Origin: Malacoraja senta
Taxonomy: Eukaryota
NCBI GenBank assembly: GCA_038087875.1
Contig: CM075986.1
Coordinates: 18,042,001-18,106,000, forward strand
Direction: 5' to 3'
DNA: 64,000 bases
Below, piece after piece: positions 52,150 to 63,490 of the stretch. Numbering within the stretch: the first letter of the stretch is position 1; the number at the start of each line of letters is the position of its first letter. The notes beneath the pieces are model-generated. The model was not told the DNA's origin and made no database searches. It was given only the letters and a program-made list of their open reading frames with translations. Position numbers and translations under genes: made by a program.

Positions 52150-52475
52150 ACTCTTGCCCAGATTAGAGGAATTGAAAACAAGAGGACATAGGTTTAAGGT
52201 GAAGGGAGAAAGATTTAATAGGAATCTAAGGGGTAACCTTTTTTTGCACAAAGGGTGGTGGGTGTATAGAAAGAGCTGCCAGATGGGGTAGTTAAGGCAG
52301 GGACTATTGCAATTTTTAAGAAACAATTAGACAGGTACATGGATAGGGCAGGTTTAGAGGGATATGGGCCAAACGCAGGCAGGTGAGATAGGGCAGGTGT
52401 AGAAGGGACATGTTGGTCGGTGTGGGCCAGTTGGGCCAAAGGGCCTGTTTCCACACTGTATGACTCTATGTCTAA
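52150..52475 (+). mobile_element. CR1-clade (HER1-like) LINE 3' end
   Basis: Same family as 27605-27868. Confidence 0.83.
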
Positions 52476-55400
52476 GAAGTTGATTGAACAGTGCCCAAAT
52501 TAACATAACAGTGCCTTCCAACTGGGATATAAGACCCAAATTTGAATGTTTTAACCTTTATAACCTAGAACTAGTGGAATGAAAGTTAAAAAAATATTGG
52601 CTGCACTTAAAGATTTAGATTTTTGTAACTTTTCCCTGCACTAATCATACATCCCTTGATTCTCTTAATAACTAAAAATGTATTAATTTCTGTTTTAAAC
52701 ATACTTATTGAGTCTCCACAGCTCTTTTGGGTGGTAATGTCTGCCCACACATTGAACATAAGAAAATAAGACCAGGAGTAGGCCTCACAGCCTCTTAAGC
52801 ATTCCATGCCATTTAATATGATCATGGCTCATCCACCCCAGCCCACATCATCTCTTCCATGTCAGGTCTCCATGGCATTCAGTTTTGTGATCTTTGAAAA
52901 AGGTATCTTCTCGCTCTTTAAATACACACAATGATCTACCTTCCACAGGCCCCAAGGGTAAAGAATTGCAGAATTTCATCACCCTCTGTGAGATGGAATT
53001 CCTAAGTATCTCAGTTTTAAATGGCGAATCCATAATCTTGTAAGTACGACATCTTCATTTGAGTTTCTCCAATTAGTGGAAACATCTTCACATCTATCCT
53101 GTCATGTTCCCTTAGGTCCTTAGGATATATTATGTGTAAACGAGAATATCCCACAATCTTTAATGGAGGTAATCATATTGATACAACTAATGTAATTTAT
53201 TTGTATCAATCTTCTTCTTCTGATCGAGTTCCGGACACACAAGATTAGAAGTTGTTCAGCCAGAGCTGAACACACTTCTCGGCATCTGCATACAATGGTG
53301 TCTGTCTTGTGCGTGGTGGTGGAAAGATTGGTGAAAACAGAGCCGTGATGTGAACGCTCTTTCCTTGACCCCATTTGTATCAATAACATACAAAGAATAT
53401 AATTTCATTAGCCAAAGAATATAATTTCTCTAGCTGCTGGTTTTCGATTGCCTCCATTGCAGGATATTCTTTCTTAAGTGAACGAAAACTGTGCTTAACA
53501 CCCCAGGAAAGGCCTCGATAGTGCCCTGTATAATTGTAAACTCCACCCTGTCTTGCAATAACTCTCTCCCAACCTGTACTGCAATCAAATAGGCCTCAAA
53601 CAAAGCAATGGAATCCAACCATTCCTGACAATCTTCACATTGGCAAACCATATTAACACTGTATAGTCAGTAGTACTTCCATGGCAAGAGTAACAGGAGA
53701 ACAGTTAGAAGCACAAACATTAATATATAAAATTGTCTCTAACTTTCAGACGACATTATCATCACGGCAGTTCCAATTTCCCATCATCAAAATAAAGAGG
53801 CTTCGTTTCATATATAGCTACATTCTTTTAGGGTTTACTTAGAATTTATAAATATTACAAATAGTATCACATGGCCTTGTTGCAAAATGGTGCATTCTTG
53901 CGACAGATGCAATCCCGGTGAGAAGCATAGACTCAAGTGTTTGTATTCTTTCAATGTATGTTCTTAGCCTTGCAGCTGTCAGCTTTAGTTCAGATTTGGC
54001 TTTATAATTCCACCTCAGAGCATGGGATACAAAATTGTCTGATTCTCGTGTGATCTTTCAAATACAAATAATCTTCTATTTATAAATGTTGCATTCTGTG
54101 AAAGTGGTTCATTAAAGAAAATTTCAGAAAATAAAACAGCATCTCCCATTTTCGAGAACAGTCAAAAGACAGAAAGAGTTAAGTAAAAAAATTGGAAACA
54201 AAGAGGCCAGCATGAAGTGGGACTGTGTGAAATTAGGTTGTGCTGACATTTGGACATCTGGTTACTATCAGCATGGGAGCATAGCTGAGACAGCATTTCC
54301 TCTGACAATATCCCACTATCCCTGAACATAGAAGAAAACATAAAGATGTACTGAAGAAGGGTCTCGACCCGAAACGTTACACATTCCTTCTCTCCAGAGA
54401 TGCTGCCTGTCCTGCTTTGGTACTCCAGCATTTTGTGTCTACCTTCAGTTTAAACCAGCATCTGCAGTTCCTTCCGACATATGAAGATATATTAATGCAT
54501 ATGAACATTTTGGGATAGTCTTGCAAATTGCACAAGCTTAAACTCTCATAATTGCAGTCTGGATGGCTATGATAATCATGGAAGTCACCAGGGATTTCAC
54601 ATAAATGGAAAGAAATGGACAAACCATATAATTGCCATGAAGGTGCCTCACAGGATGATCGGGTTTGACAACTCTGGATAATAACATTGCTGAAGAAGAG
54701 TCAGGTACTCAAATAATACATTGCCGTATCAAACCCTGGCCAAGATCATATCAAGCAAATTTCAATCTAAATGCAAGTCATGGGTTTTGGAAGTTATGAA
54801 AGTAACTAAATACATATAACTAAAGAGTTAATACGTTTTGGTTGTAGCAACGTGGTGAATCTTTGAGTTGTTTAAACTAATTACAATTAATAAAGATCTA
54901 TAGTTATTACACAAAGTCAGTGCCTGGTGTGTTTTATTGTGTGCTGCATTCCATGAGCAACGCTTTCAGTGTAAAATATTTGGTTCAGGATCTTAAGTAA
55001 AAAAAAAGCTTATGCACTTAAAAAAAAATCAACAGAAGTAACTTAAATAATATTGTATTAATGAAATCTAATTAAAATGACAAAAATATACATAATGTAA
55101 TTTTTAAGGATACTCATCTAGAGGTGATAGACAATATCTTGACAGTGGACATATTCTCCCGAGGGAGAATCTAGAAATAGTGGTAATTGTCTCAAGACCA
55201 TATCCACTTAAGGCAGACTTTATCTCTCAAAGTGTCACCGGTCGTTGGAACTTTTTTCACAAAAGCCAGTGGAGGTAGATTCTTGTTAAGTAAGTGTGCA
55301 AGAAAGAACTGCAGATGCTCGTTTACACCGAAGATAGACACAAAATGCTGGAAGTAACTCAGCGGGTTAGGTAGCATCTCTGGAGAAAAGAAGTTAGTGA

Positions 55401-55584
55401 CGTTTCAGGTCGAGACCCTTCATCAGATCTTCATCAAACATCACCCTATTCCTTTTCTCCAGAGATGCTGCCTGACCCGCTGAGTTATTCCAGCATTTTG
55501 TTATGTCACAATGTTATTGTGAGCAGACAGAGTTTAGGAAACAATCAGATCAGACTCATTTTGCAACTCAACAATGCTTTTTCA

Positions 55585-55770
55585 GAAGGTAGACAGAAAT
55601 GCTGGAAAAACGCAGCGGGTGAGGCAGCATCTATGGAGCGAAGGAAATAGGCAACGTTTCGGCCCGAAACGTTGCCTATTTCCTTCGCTCCATAGATGCT
55701 GCTGCACCCGCTGAGTTTCTCCAGCATTTTTGTCTACCTTCGATTTTCCAGCATCTGCAGTTCCTTCTTA
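55585..55770. repeat. Palindromic Penelope-derived short repeat
   Basis: Two inverted copies of the terminal repeat fused at gtttcggcccgaaac. Confidence 0.85.
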
Positions 55771-56030
55771 AACTAAATGTTTTTTCAGAGTTTTTCGGGT
55801 TCTGCCCACAATTTCCTCTGCCCACCATCCAATGTTGCATGGGTGACATCATCACACGAGACATTGATGTGTTGACGACTATCTCGATATTATAGGAGTT
55901 GCTTCCAGCAATCAAATGATTCAAGCCAGTGGAGTTTTCCTTCTGATTCCCTTAATGACAACAAAGGAAAAAAATGTTTTTAAAAAAACAGCTGTTAAAC
56001 GTTCTGGGACATCCTGAAAATGCAAGTCAT

Positions 56031-56526
56031 TTCCATTCAAAAACGTTTGGACAACCAATAAATAAATGCAAGCTTTTCTTCCTCAGTTCCCGTTGCTCCC
56101 ACACTTCCATTCAAAAACTCCAGGAAGCCCAATAAATAAATGCAGGTTTTTCTTCCTCAGTTCATATTGCTTCTTCCCTTCCATTCAAAAACTTCTGGAA
56201 GCCCAATAAATAAATGCTAGCTTTTCTTCCTCAGTTCCCGTTGCTCCCACACTTCCATTCAAAAACTCCAGGAAGCCCAATAAATAAATGCAGGTTTTTC
56301 TTCCTCAGTTCATATTGCTTCTTCCCTTCCATTCAAAAACTTCTGGAAGCCCAATAAATAAATGCTAGCTTTTCTTCCTCAGTTCCCGTTGCTCCCACAC
56401 TTCCATTCAAAAACTCCAGGAAGCCCAATAAATAAATGCAGGTTTTTCTTCCTCAGTTCATATTGCTTCTTCCCTTCCATTCAAAAACTTCTGGAAGCCC
56501 AATAAATAAATGCTAGCTTTTCTTCC
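56031..56526. repeat. 74-bp minisatellite (about 6.7 units) with alternating A/B 148-bp higher-order structure
   Basis: ttccattcaaaaa recurs at 56031, 56105, 56179, 56253, 56327, 56401, 56475. Confidence 0.95.
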
Positions 56527-56689
56527 TTTGTTCGTACAGTGCTCCTTCCCCCACTGCAGGTGTTTACTTCCTGGCTTCTTATTGAGGCTTTGATCAATAG
56601 TAATTGCCAAGATGTTGAATGAATAGATCCCAGGACAGTTTGAGTGGACATGTTCGGGTTGCATTGTGGACCAAAGATACTAGAGGAAC

Positions 56690-57190
56690 ATGGCGCCGGA
56701 CCGGGGGAGTGCGCGCGGCCGGTTCAAAAGTTACCGGTATCCGCGCGTGCTTGGCCCTGGGGGGGCGCACTGCACATGCGCGGCGGGGCTGGCCACGTGG
56801 TTCCAGCGTGCGGTCGCTGCGCCGCCATTTTCCTCGCTCGCCGCTCAGGGACGGATAAAAAAAAAATAAACACCATAACGCCGTGCGGAGACCTCCTGGC
56901 TGTTGGAGCTCGCTGAGAGATTAACGTCGAGCAGTGGTCCAGGGCTCGCAGGAGGAAGATGATGATGATGACGACGAGGGTGGTGGTTGTGAGGGTGGAC
57001 GAGAGCCGGGCGTGTGGGCCGCAGACGCCCGAGCTGGCCTTCGTCGCCGCCTCCCCCGAGATGCTGGAGGAGTTCCTGGTGGACGTGGCGAAGGAGAATG
57101 AAAACCACCTGCTGAAGCTGCCCCAACACGCCGGCAGCTTCAAAAAGTTAAGATTAATAGGTGAGGCCGGACCTGCCGGCTTCGAGTAAA
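56690..57190. promoter_or_regulatory. CpG island / CNTD1 promoter with YY1-like, NRF1-like and E-box motifs
   Basis: GC/CpG-rich; GCCGCCATTTT (56821-56831), TGCACATGCGC (56771-56781), CACGTG (56794-56799). Confidence 0.8.
56959..57160 (+). CDS. CNTD1: CNTD1 exon 1 (cyclin N-terminal domain-containing 1, meiotic crossover factor)
   Basis: ...FVAASPEMLEEFLVDVAKENE...GSFKKLRLI; G|gtgagg donor; 202 bp; exact start ATG uncertain within (ATG)4. Confidence 0.88.
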
Positions 57191-57194
57191 CATC

Positions 57195-58964
57195 ACCAAT
57201 TATACGTAGCAATGTTACAAAATTTTGAGATTTAAAAAATAAAGTCTGTAATTTATCCCATCAGATAAAGCATAAAAAGAAGTTTAATTTGACACATAAT
57301 TCACTTTCATATCTTAAGTATTAAAAAAGTTATGGCCATTTCCATACTCGGAAATTAGCATCTTGTTCCCTATTGCTTTTCCATTGACTTAACACAAAAG
57401 CTGTGATCGAGGACAGTCAAAAGCCCATAACTTTCTTAAAAATTAAGAGAACTGAAAGAAATTTTTAGTTATTATAGATTGAAGCATTCTGAAACAAATA
57501 TGAAACAATCTTACTTAGATGACATGAAATTAAAGCATATAATTAGTTAGTTACCTAATTGTAGCTAATTACAAAATTCAATTACTAGATGTAAACATCT
57601 ATCAATTTCTTAAGAATAGATTAACATTTATAAATAGCCTGTCCAAATAACATTCACACAAGAATTCACAATATAACATAATTTTTTTATCTCATTGTCA
57701 TGGATTTATAGGCCAAATGGAAGAAATGTAATGTTATAACCTGTAAATTAATGGGCATTTATATCATCTTGCGAATGGGGATTTCTGTAACGCGATCATT
57801 TGGAACGTTGATTTGCGGTGAATTTAACCCCGCTATTGCCGTTAGTTCGCGGAAAAGAATCACCGTTTCGCATGTAAAAATGTGAATTAAAGGCCTCTTA
57901 AGGAGAACGTTTATACATAAAAATAAACTGCTTTCGTTTACCTGTCCCGTGTGTGATATCCGTCCCCATTGACGGCTTCAGAAGCTAATTTTAAAATGAC
58001 TCCAGCGCTGAAATTGTCGGGAGATTTTTAAAACAAAATACTCAAAACGCCCCTCGGAACGATTCTTCTGCAAAAGCTGGTACTCCAACGAAATATAATA
58101 ACAGGACAAGGTAGGAGAAACCCGTGTTTTAACCCCGCCCCCCCTCAAAGGCGCCAAAATCGCGCACACGGCCAGTGGCAGAATTGCAGCGCTGCTGAAG
58201 GTAAGTATTGTAACATACCTAATACGGTTCCAGGGACGGAAATCGCTATCAAAACATGGGGGGGGGGGACACGATTTCTTGGTGGCTGCGCGCACACGCA
58301 CACACACGCGAGGCTTCGGCCGTGGACCCTGTGGACGGTAACATCGGGAGCTGACCTGGTTGGTGACCGACTCCGAACTCCAGCAACAGCAGGTTCGTCC
58401 GCCCCGAATCGTGGGGCTTGAATCGGCCCGTTTGCGGGGCCTTTCATCGCCCGCCGCGGCTTAAAACCGGCTGCAGGATCTTCCATTGCCCGGCAGGGGC
58501 TTCAACATCGGGAGCCTCAATCGCCTCAATGCAGCAATTTGACCGCGGGTGATGGAAGATCCGGCAGCCGATTTTAAGCCGCACCGGACGATGAAAGGCC
58601 CCGTGAACGGGCAGATTCAAGCTCCGCTCTATGATCTTTGCTCCACCAGGACGTCTCCCTCCTCCAATCATCACGCTCGATCCTCAGTCCCACCCCCCTA
58701 ATTCCGCCTCTGACCGACACCTCCCTCCTCCAATCATCATGCTGAATCATCATGCCCCCCCACCACTGTCTGCTGACCGACGTCTCATCCAACCGGCGCC
58801 CTCGATCATCAGTCCCACCCCCACTGTCTCGCGGAAAGCGGAGATTTTTAATAGATTTTTTGTTCACCGATTTCAAAATCCAGATGAAAAAACATGGGGG
58901 GTGGGGGGTTGCCCCCCCCCCTTCAAAACGGTTCCCCTGTCCCCCCCCGGGATTTCCGCCCATG
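57195..58964. mobile_element. Composite putative DNA-transposon-derived insertion in CNTD1 intron 1
   Basis: AT-rich then CpG-rich patchwork with internal repeats (aacatcgggagc; ctccctcctccaatcatca) ending in a TIR-like gggatttccgcccatg; matching end not found. Confidence 0.45.
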
Positions 58965-59259
58965 AGTATACCTTGTACATCGTCTGCTTTGATCTGTCGT
59001 TTTCACACCTTACCATTCCTTATCTCTAGCATCCCTCGCCCTGACTCGCAGTCTAAAGAAGGGTGTCGACCCATAACGTCACCCATTCCATTTCTCCAGA
59101 GATGCTGCCTGTCCCGTTTTTTTCTCCAGCATTTTGTGTCTATCTTCGGTGTAACCAGTATCTGCAGTTCATTCCCAGAAACTAATAAAAGCACTTCTGT
59201 AAATACTCTAGGAAGCGGGTTATATGGTCATAAAGTCATGTGATAGAAATAGAATCAGG

Positions 59260-60185
59260 CCATAGTTTAAGAATAAATGGTAAGCCATTTGGAACGGAGA
59301 TGAGAAAAAACTTTTTCACACAGAGTTGTGAGTGTGTGGAATTCTCTGCCTCAGAGGGTGGTGGAGGCTGGTTCTCTGGATGCTTTTAACAGAGAGTTAG
59401 ACAGACCTCTTAGGGATAGCAGAGTTAAGGGATATGGGGAGAAGGCAAGAACTGATTATGGATGATCAGCCATGATCACATTGGCCAAAGTGCCAAATAA
59501 CCTATTCTTGCACCTATTGTCAATGTCTATTGCCATTCAATCAGGGCTGATCTATCTCTCCCTCAAAACCCCATTCTCCTGCCTTCTCCACATAACCTCT
59601 GACACCTGTACTAATGAAGAATCTATCTCTGCCTTAAAAATATCCAATGACTTGGCCTCCGCAGCTTTTGGTAGCAAAGAATTCCACAAATTCACCACCG
59701 TCTGACAAAATAGATTTCTCCTCATCTGCTTCCTAAAAGAACGTTCTTTAATTCTGAGGCTATGACCTCTAGTCCTAGACTCTCCCACTAGTGGAAACAT
59801 CCTCTCCACATCCACTTCATCCAAGCCTTTCACTATTCTGTACGTTTCAATGAGGTTCCCCCTCATTCTTGTAAACTCCAGCAAGTGCAGGCCTAGTGCC
59901 GACAAACGCTCATCATAAATTAACTTACTCATTCCTGGATCATTATTGTAAACCTCCACTGGACCCTCTCCAGAGCCAACACATCCTCCCTCAGATATGG
60001 TGCCCAAAATTGCTCACAATATTCCAAATGCAATACCAGCACCTTATAAAGCCTCAGCATTACATCCCTGTTTTTGTATACAAGCCTTCTTGAAATAAAT
60101 GCAAGCATTGAGTTTGCTTTCTTTACTACCGATTCGACTTGCAGATTAACTTTTTGTGAATCCTGCACCAGCACTCCCAGGTCCC
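59260..60185. mobile_element. Two CR1-clade LINE 3' fragments in inverted (tail-to-tail) orientation
   Basis: + fragment about 59260-59525; - fragment about 59530-60185 (ORFs 59552..60007 and 59929..60234). Confidence 0.88.
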
Positions 60186-60303
60186 TTCTGTGAATGTAGT
60201 AGGACAAGCATACAACACAACAAAATATTTCCACTATTTTGATTTAAAAATAATAAAAACCTGTTAGTAACTCGCCTCTCCCTCTCTCTGTCCCAAATCA
60301 TAG

Positions 60304-60379
60304 AATTTGTTTTCCTTCTCTGTGAGCAATTGGGACTTCATCATCTGACTAGATACCAAGCAGTGGAAATATTGGACAG
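60304..60379 (+). CDS. CNTD1: CNTD1 exon 2 (EFVFLLCEQLGLHHLTRYQAVEILDR)
   Basis: catag| and |gtaatg; 76 bp, phase 1 to 2. Confidence 0.95.
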
Positions 60380-62391
60380 GTAATGTGAATTATAATCAGC
60401 TGCTGAATCCTTGTGTTTTAAATTTAAAGATTGAGATAATCTGCTTCATTGGGTTGGAAAAGATCATTTCAGGTGCTAAGGATCTTGACCTGAAACACAG
60501 TCTGTCCATTCCTTTCAGAGATGCCTGATCCCTTGAGTTTCCCGAGCACTTTCTGTTTTGCTCAAGATTCCAGCATCTGCAGTTCCTCGAATCTCTAACC
60601 CAGAATTGTAGTATAGAAAACACGTCACTATCTCATAGTTAAACTCAATTTGGTTTCACCCTCACCTTTCAAAAGGAAATCTAGATAAAAGGTGTATTTT
60701 GAAAGCCACACAAAAGCTAATTTTGATGGGACTATAGACCCATTTCTGGCCGTTGCTGACTAGACTTTTTCACAGATTCAGGGATAACGAACAAAATGCA
60801 TACATAAGCTAATTGTATTTTCCTGTGTTTGGCACATATCCTCCCTAATCCTACCTATCATGTATCTGATGTATGTATCTGACCAAATATTTTTAAAACA
60901 TAATAATTTCATTTTCCTCCGTTGGCAGTTCATTCCATAAATTTACCGCTCTCTGTGTGAGGAAAACATGTCATAGAAACATTCATGTCCCTTGAATCCC
61001 CATTAAACATTTCTCCTCTTAAATTTATGCCTTGTAGTTTTAGATTCCCCTACCCTGGGAAATGACTCTGTTTCCAATCCATGCTGTTCATAATTTTATA
61101 AACCTTCATAAGGTCACTCTCAGCCTCCTTTACCCTAAGGAATACAACCCAGACTATCTAATTGCTCTTCATAACTCACACCCTACAGTCCAGGCCACAT
61201 CCTCAAAATATTTCTGCACCCTCTAGCTTAATCACATCCTTCTAATCCTTTATGAAAATAAAAGGAAACAATTCAGTTGCTCATAAGAATTTGGATTAAA
61301 GAGACCTTGCACCCTTCTATTTAACAATTTCTAAATACCAGCAGAAGCTGCTCTGAATGATAGGATGTCTCAATCAGTTTGGTAGTGGAGGTATATGGGG
61401 TGGGGATATGGACAGTGCAGATTAAAATTGAAGGTGAGCATTATGAATGTAGAGAAAAGGAAGGCAGTTGGTATTGTAATTGTGGGGGATGTTGGAAATG
61501 GCTTCAGAACAGATTGCGAAAAAGTGAGCTGAAGACTAAAACCAGGAACATACTAGCTGCAAAGTTATAGAGAAGAAAACTGAAGACCAGCAAGAAGAGA
61601 TGGATTAGAAGATGCCAGTATTGCAAACACAGGTAACAAGTTAAGACTAACATAGTGACTAGGAAGGTCAGAGAGGTAATAGAGATGGCACAGGCTGATT
61701 CAGGAGTGCTGGAATCAAATTGTGCAACTGACATTCCAATATTATGGGCCAACACCCAAAACCAATAATAAAGAAGCAAATGTTCTTAGATGCAAACACC
61801 AACCAATCCCTTGTTGAGTAATCTCTGTGGTTCAGGTTATAGGTTAGTGTTGTAATTGCTCAAAAGTCCAAACCAAGAACTGCCCTGTGAGTTCATAACC
61901 TGAGTATGTGAAGTGTTCAGCATTTGGTTCTAAAGCCTTTTTGAAATCTCATTTGTTTTGGATTTTATTTCCATTTCATTACATTGTAATGACACACTAG
62001 TTTCAGTTTGTATCCAATAACAGTCCTTTTATTAAACAAAACAGTGAACTTCAGTGAAAAATGTAAGATTCATTATTGTAAGGAAATCACGTTTACTTGA
62101 CTATGAGTTCACCTGCGGGAAAAATAATTTCCACTGGACTTTTTGAACTAAATTGAACCATTTGAATGTCAGGAGGAGCAACCGAGACAAAATATACCAG
62201 TGCCTAGAAATCAACAATAAAGTAATTCAAGTAACCCTGTCACATTAATGACACATGGAAAGGGAAAAGGGGAAAATTGTTCAAATAACTAGAGATGGAT
62301 TTCATACTGGTTTATAAGATAATTACCAAGATTTTGTACTAAAGGTCCGATGAGGCTAACTACAATGGCACTTGCAACTTTTATTTTGCAG

Positions 62392-62560
62392 GTTTATGAT
62401 TCAATACATTGATAAACTTTATTCATCTACGTGCCCAGGTTCTGACAAAGACACGGAAAAAAATGATTGGACACTAACACAGATTACAATCCAAGAACAC
62501 TTTGTTCTACGAATCATGTCTTGTGTCCAAATAGCAAGCAAGATCTCATTCCATTATCAG
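62392..62560 (+). CDS. CNTD1: CNTD1 exon 3 (FMIQ...LRIMSCVQIASKISFHYQ)
   Basis: ttgcag| and |gtaaca; 169 bp, phase 2 to 0. Confidence 0.95.
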
Positions 62561-62665
62561 GTAACAATTCCAGAAATGTAATGTCATCAATATATTCAAA
62601 GTAAATTCTGACTTGATATTTAAGTAGAACCTAGAATGTGATTTTTTTTTTAAATCTTTCTACAG

Positions 62666-62828
62666 ATTGTTAATAATGATATGGCACTTAAATTTCTTCA
62701 GTCTCTTGGTTATTCATACAAAAGGGAAGACCTTCTGGATTCAGAGCTCCTTGTTCTCAAAACTCTAAGCTTTCAAGTCAATGTTCCTACCCCTTTTACT
62801 CACACTGAATTACTATTAGAAGTGATGG
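62666..62828 (+). CDS. CNTD1: CNTD1 exon 4 (IVNND...LLDSELLVLKTLSFQVNVPTP...LLEVM)
   Basis: ctacag| and |gtgagt; 163 bp, phase 0 to 1. Confidence 0.95.
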
Positions 62829-63345
62829 GTGAGTACAAAAATTATAATTAATATTTATTAACAGTAAGTTGTATTTTAATCAAATCTTTAATCTATGGGA
62901 AGTATTTCAATAAGAATGTAAATTTAGTTAAGAAGAGAAGGATTTCTCCCTTTTTGTCCTGGCTAATATTTATCACTGAAATAATACCACAAAATTAAAT
63001 TATCAGGTCATGGGAGCCCAAATCAGCTATCTCATTTTTGATATTATAACAGGTGTTGTATTTCAAAATACACTTATTTGGCTGCAGTACTCGAGGAAAT
63101 CCTGAGTAAACGTCCCATACAAATGTAAAATGTTATTTTCATCTATAAGTAGGTAAGGTCATTAAGTAAATGTACAGGACCAAATAATAAAAAAAAGTGT
63201 TACTTTGAAATAGTATGAATTTCATAATGTGTCTTTGTTTGATTGTACGAGTGTGAAAAGTCACTAGAAATAACATGTTTTTACAAAGTTATTAACACAT
63301 TCTTTACATTTAATTGTTTTGAGCATAATTTAATGTTATTTTTAG

Positions 63346-63490
63346 GGTACAATGATCCATCAGTTCCAGTTAAGTACCTGCACAGTATTTCTCTGAAGGT
63401 GCTGACATTTGTTTACCTAATGAGGAACACTATCTATGAAAATTTATTAAAAATTGCTATTGAAAATTCTACACCGACTGACCTCCAGAG
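63346..63490 (+). CDS. CNTD1: CNTD1 exon 5 (GYND...IYENLLKIAIENSTPTDLQ); gene continues beyond the window
   Basis: tttag| acceptor; AG|GCAAGT GC-type donor; 145 bp. Confidence 0.92.

Larger units (their letters stand above)
43938..55950 (-). pseudogene. Candidate decayed multi-exon gene of unknown identity interleaved with COA3
   Basis: Non-repetitive exon-like blocks with acceptors at 55950, 54766, 54095, 51412, 46830, 45351 and 44013. The last two splice in phase. Stops, frameshifts and small duplications throughout. Confidence 0.4.

Noticed and set aside
56031-56526. CRISPR-like periodicity
   Set aside because: Eukaryotic locus; the inter-repeat segments are themselves repeated, not unique spacers.
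57978-59243. Cluster of GC-rich ORFs in CNTD1 intron 1
   Set aside because: Low-complexity products in multiple frames within a repeat-like insertion.
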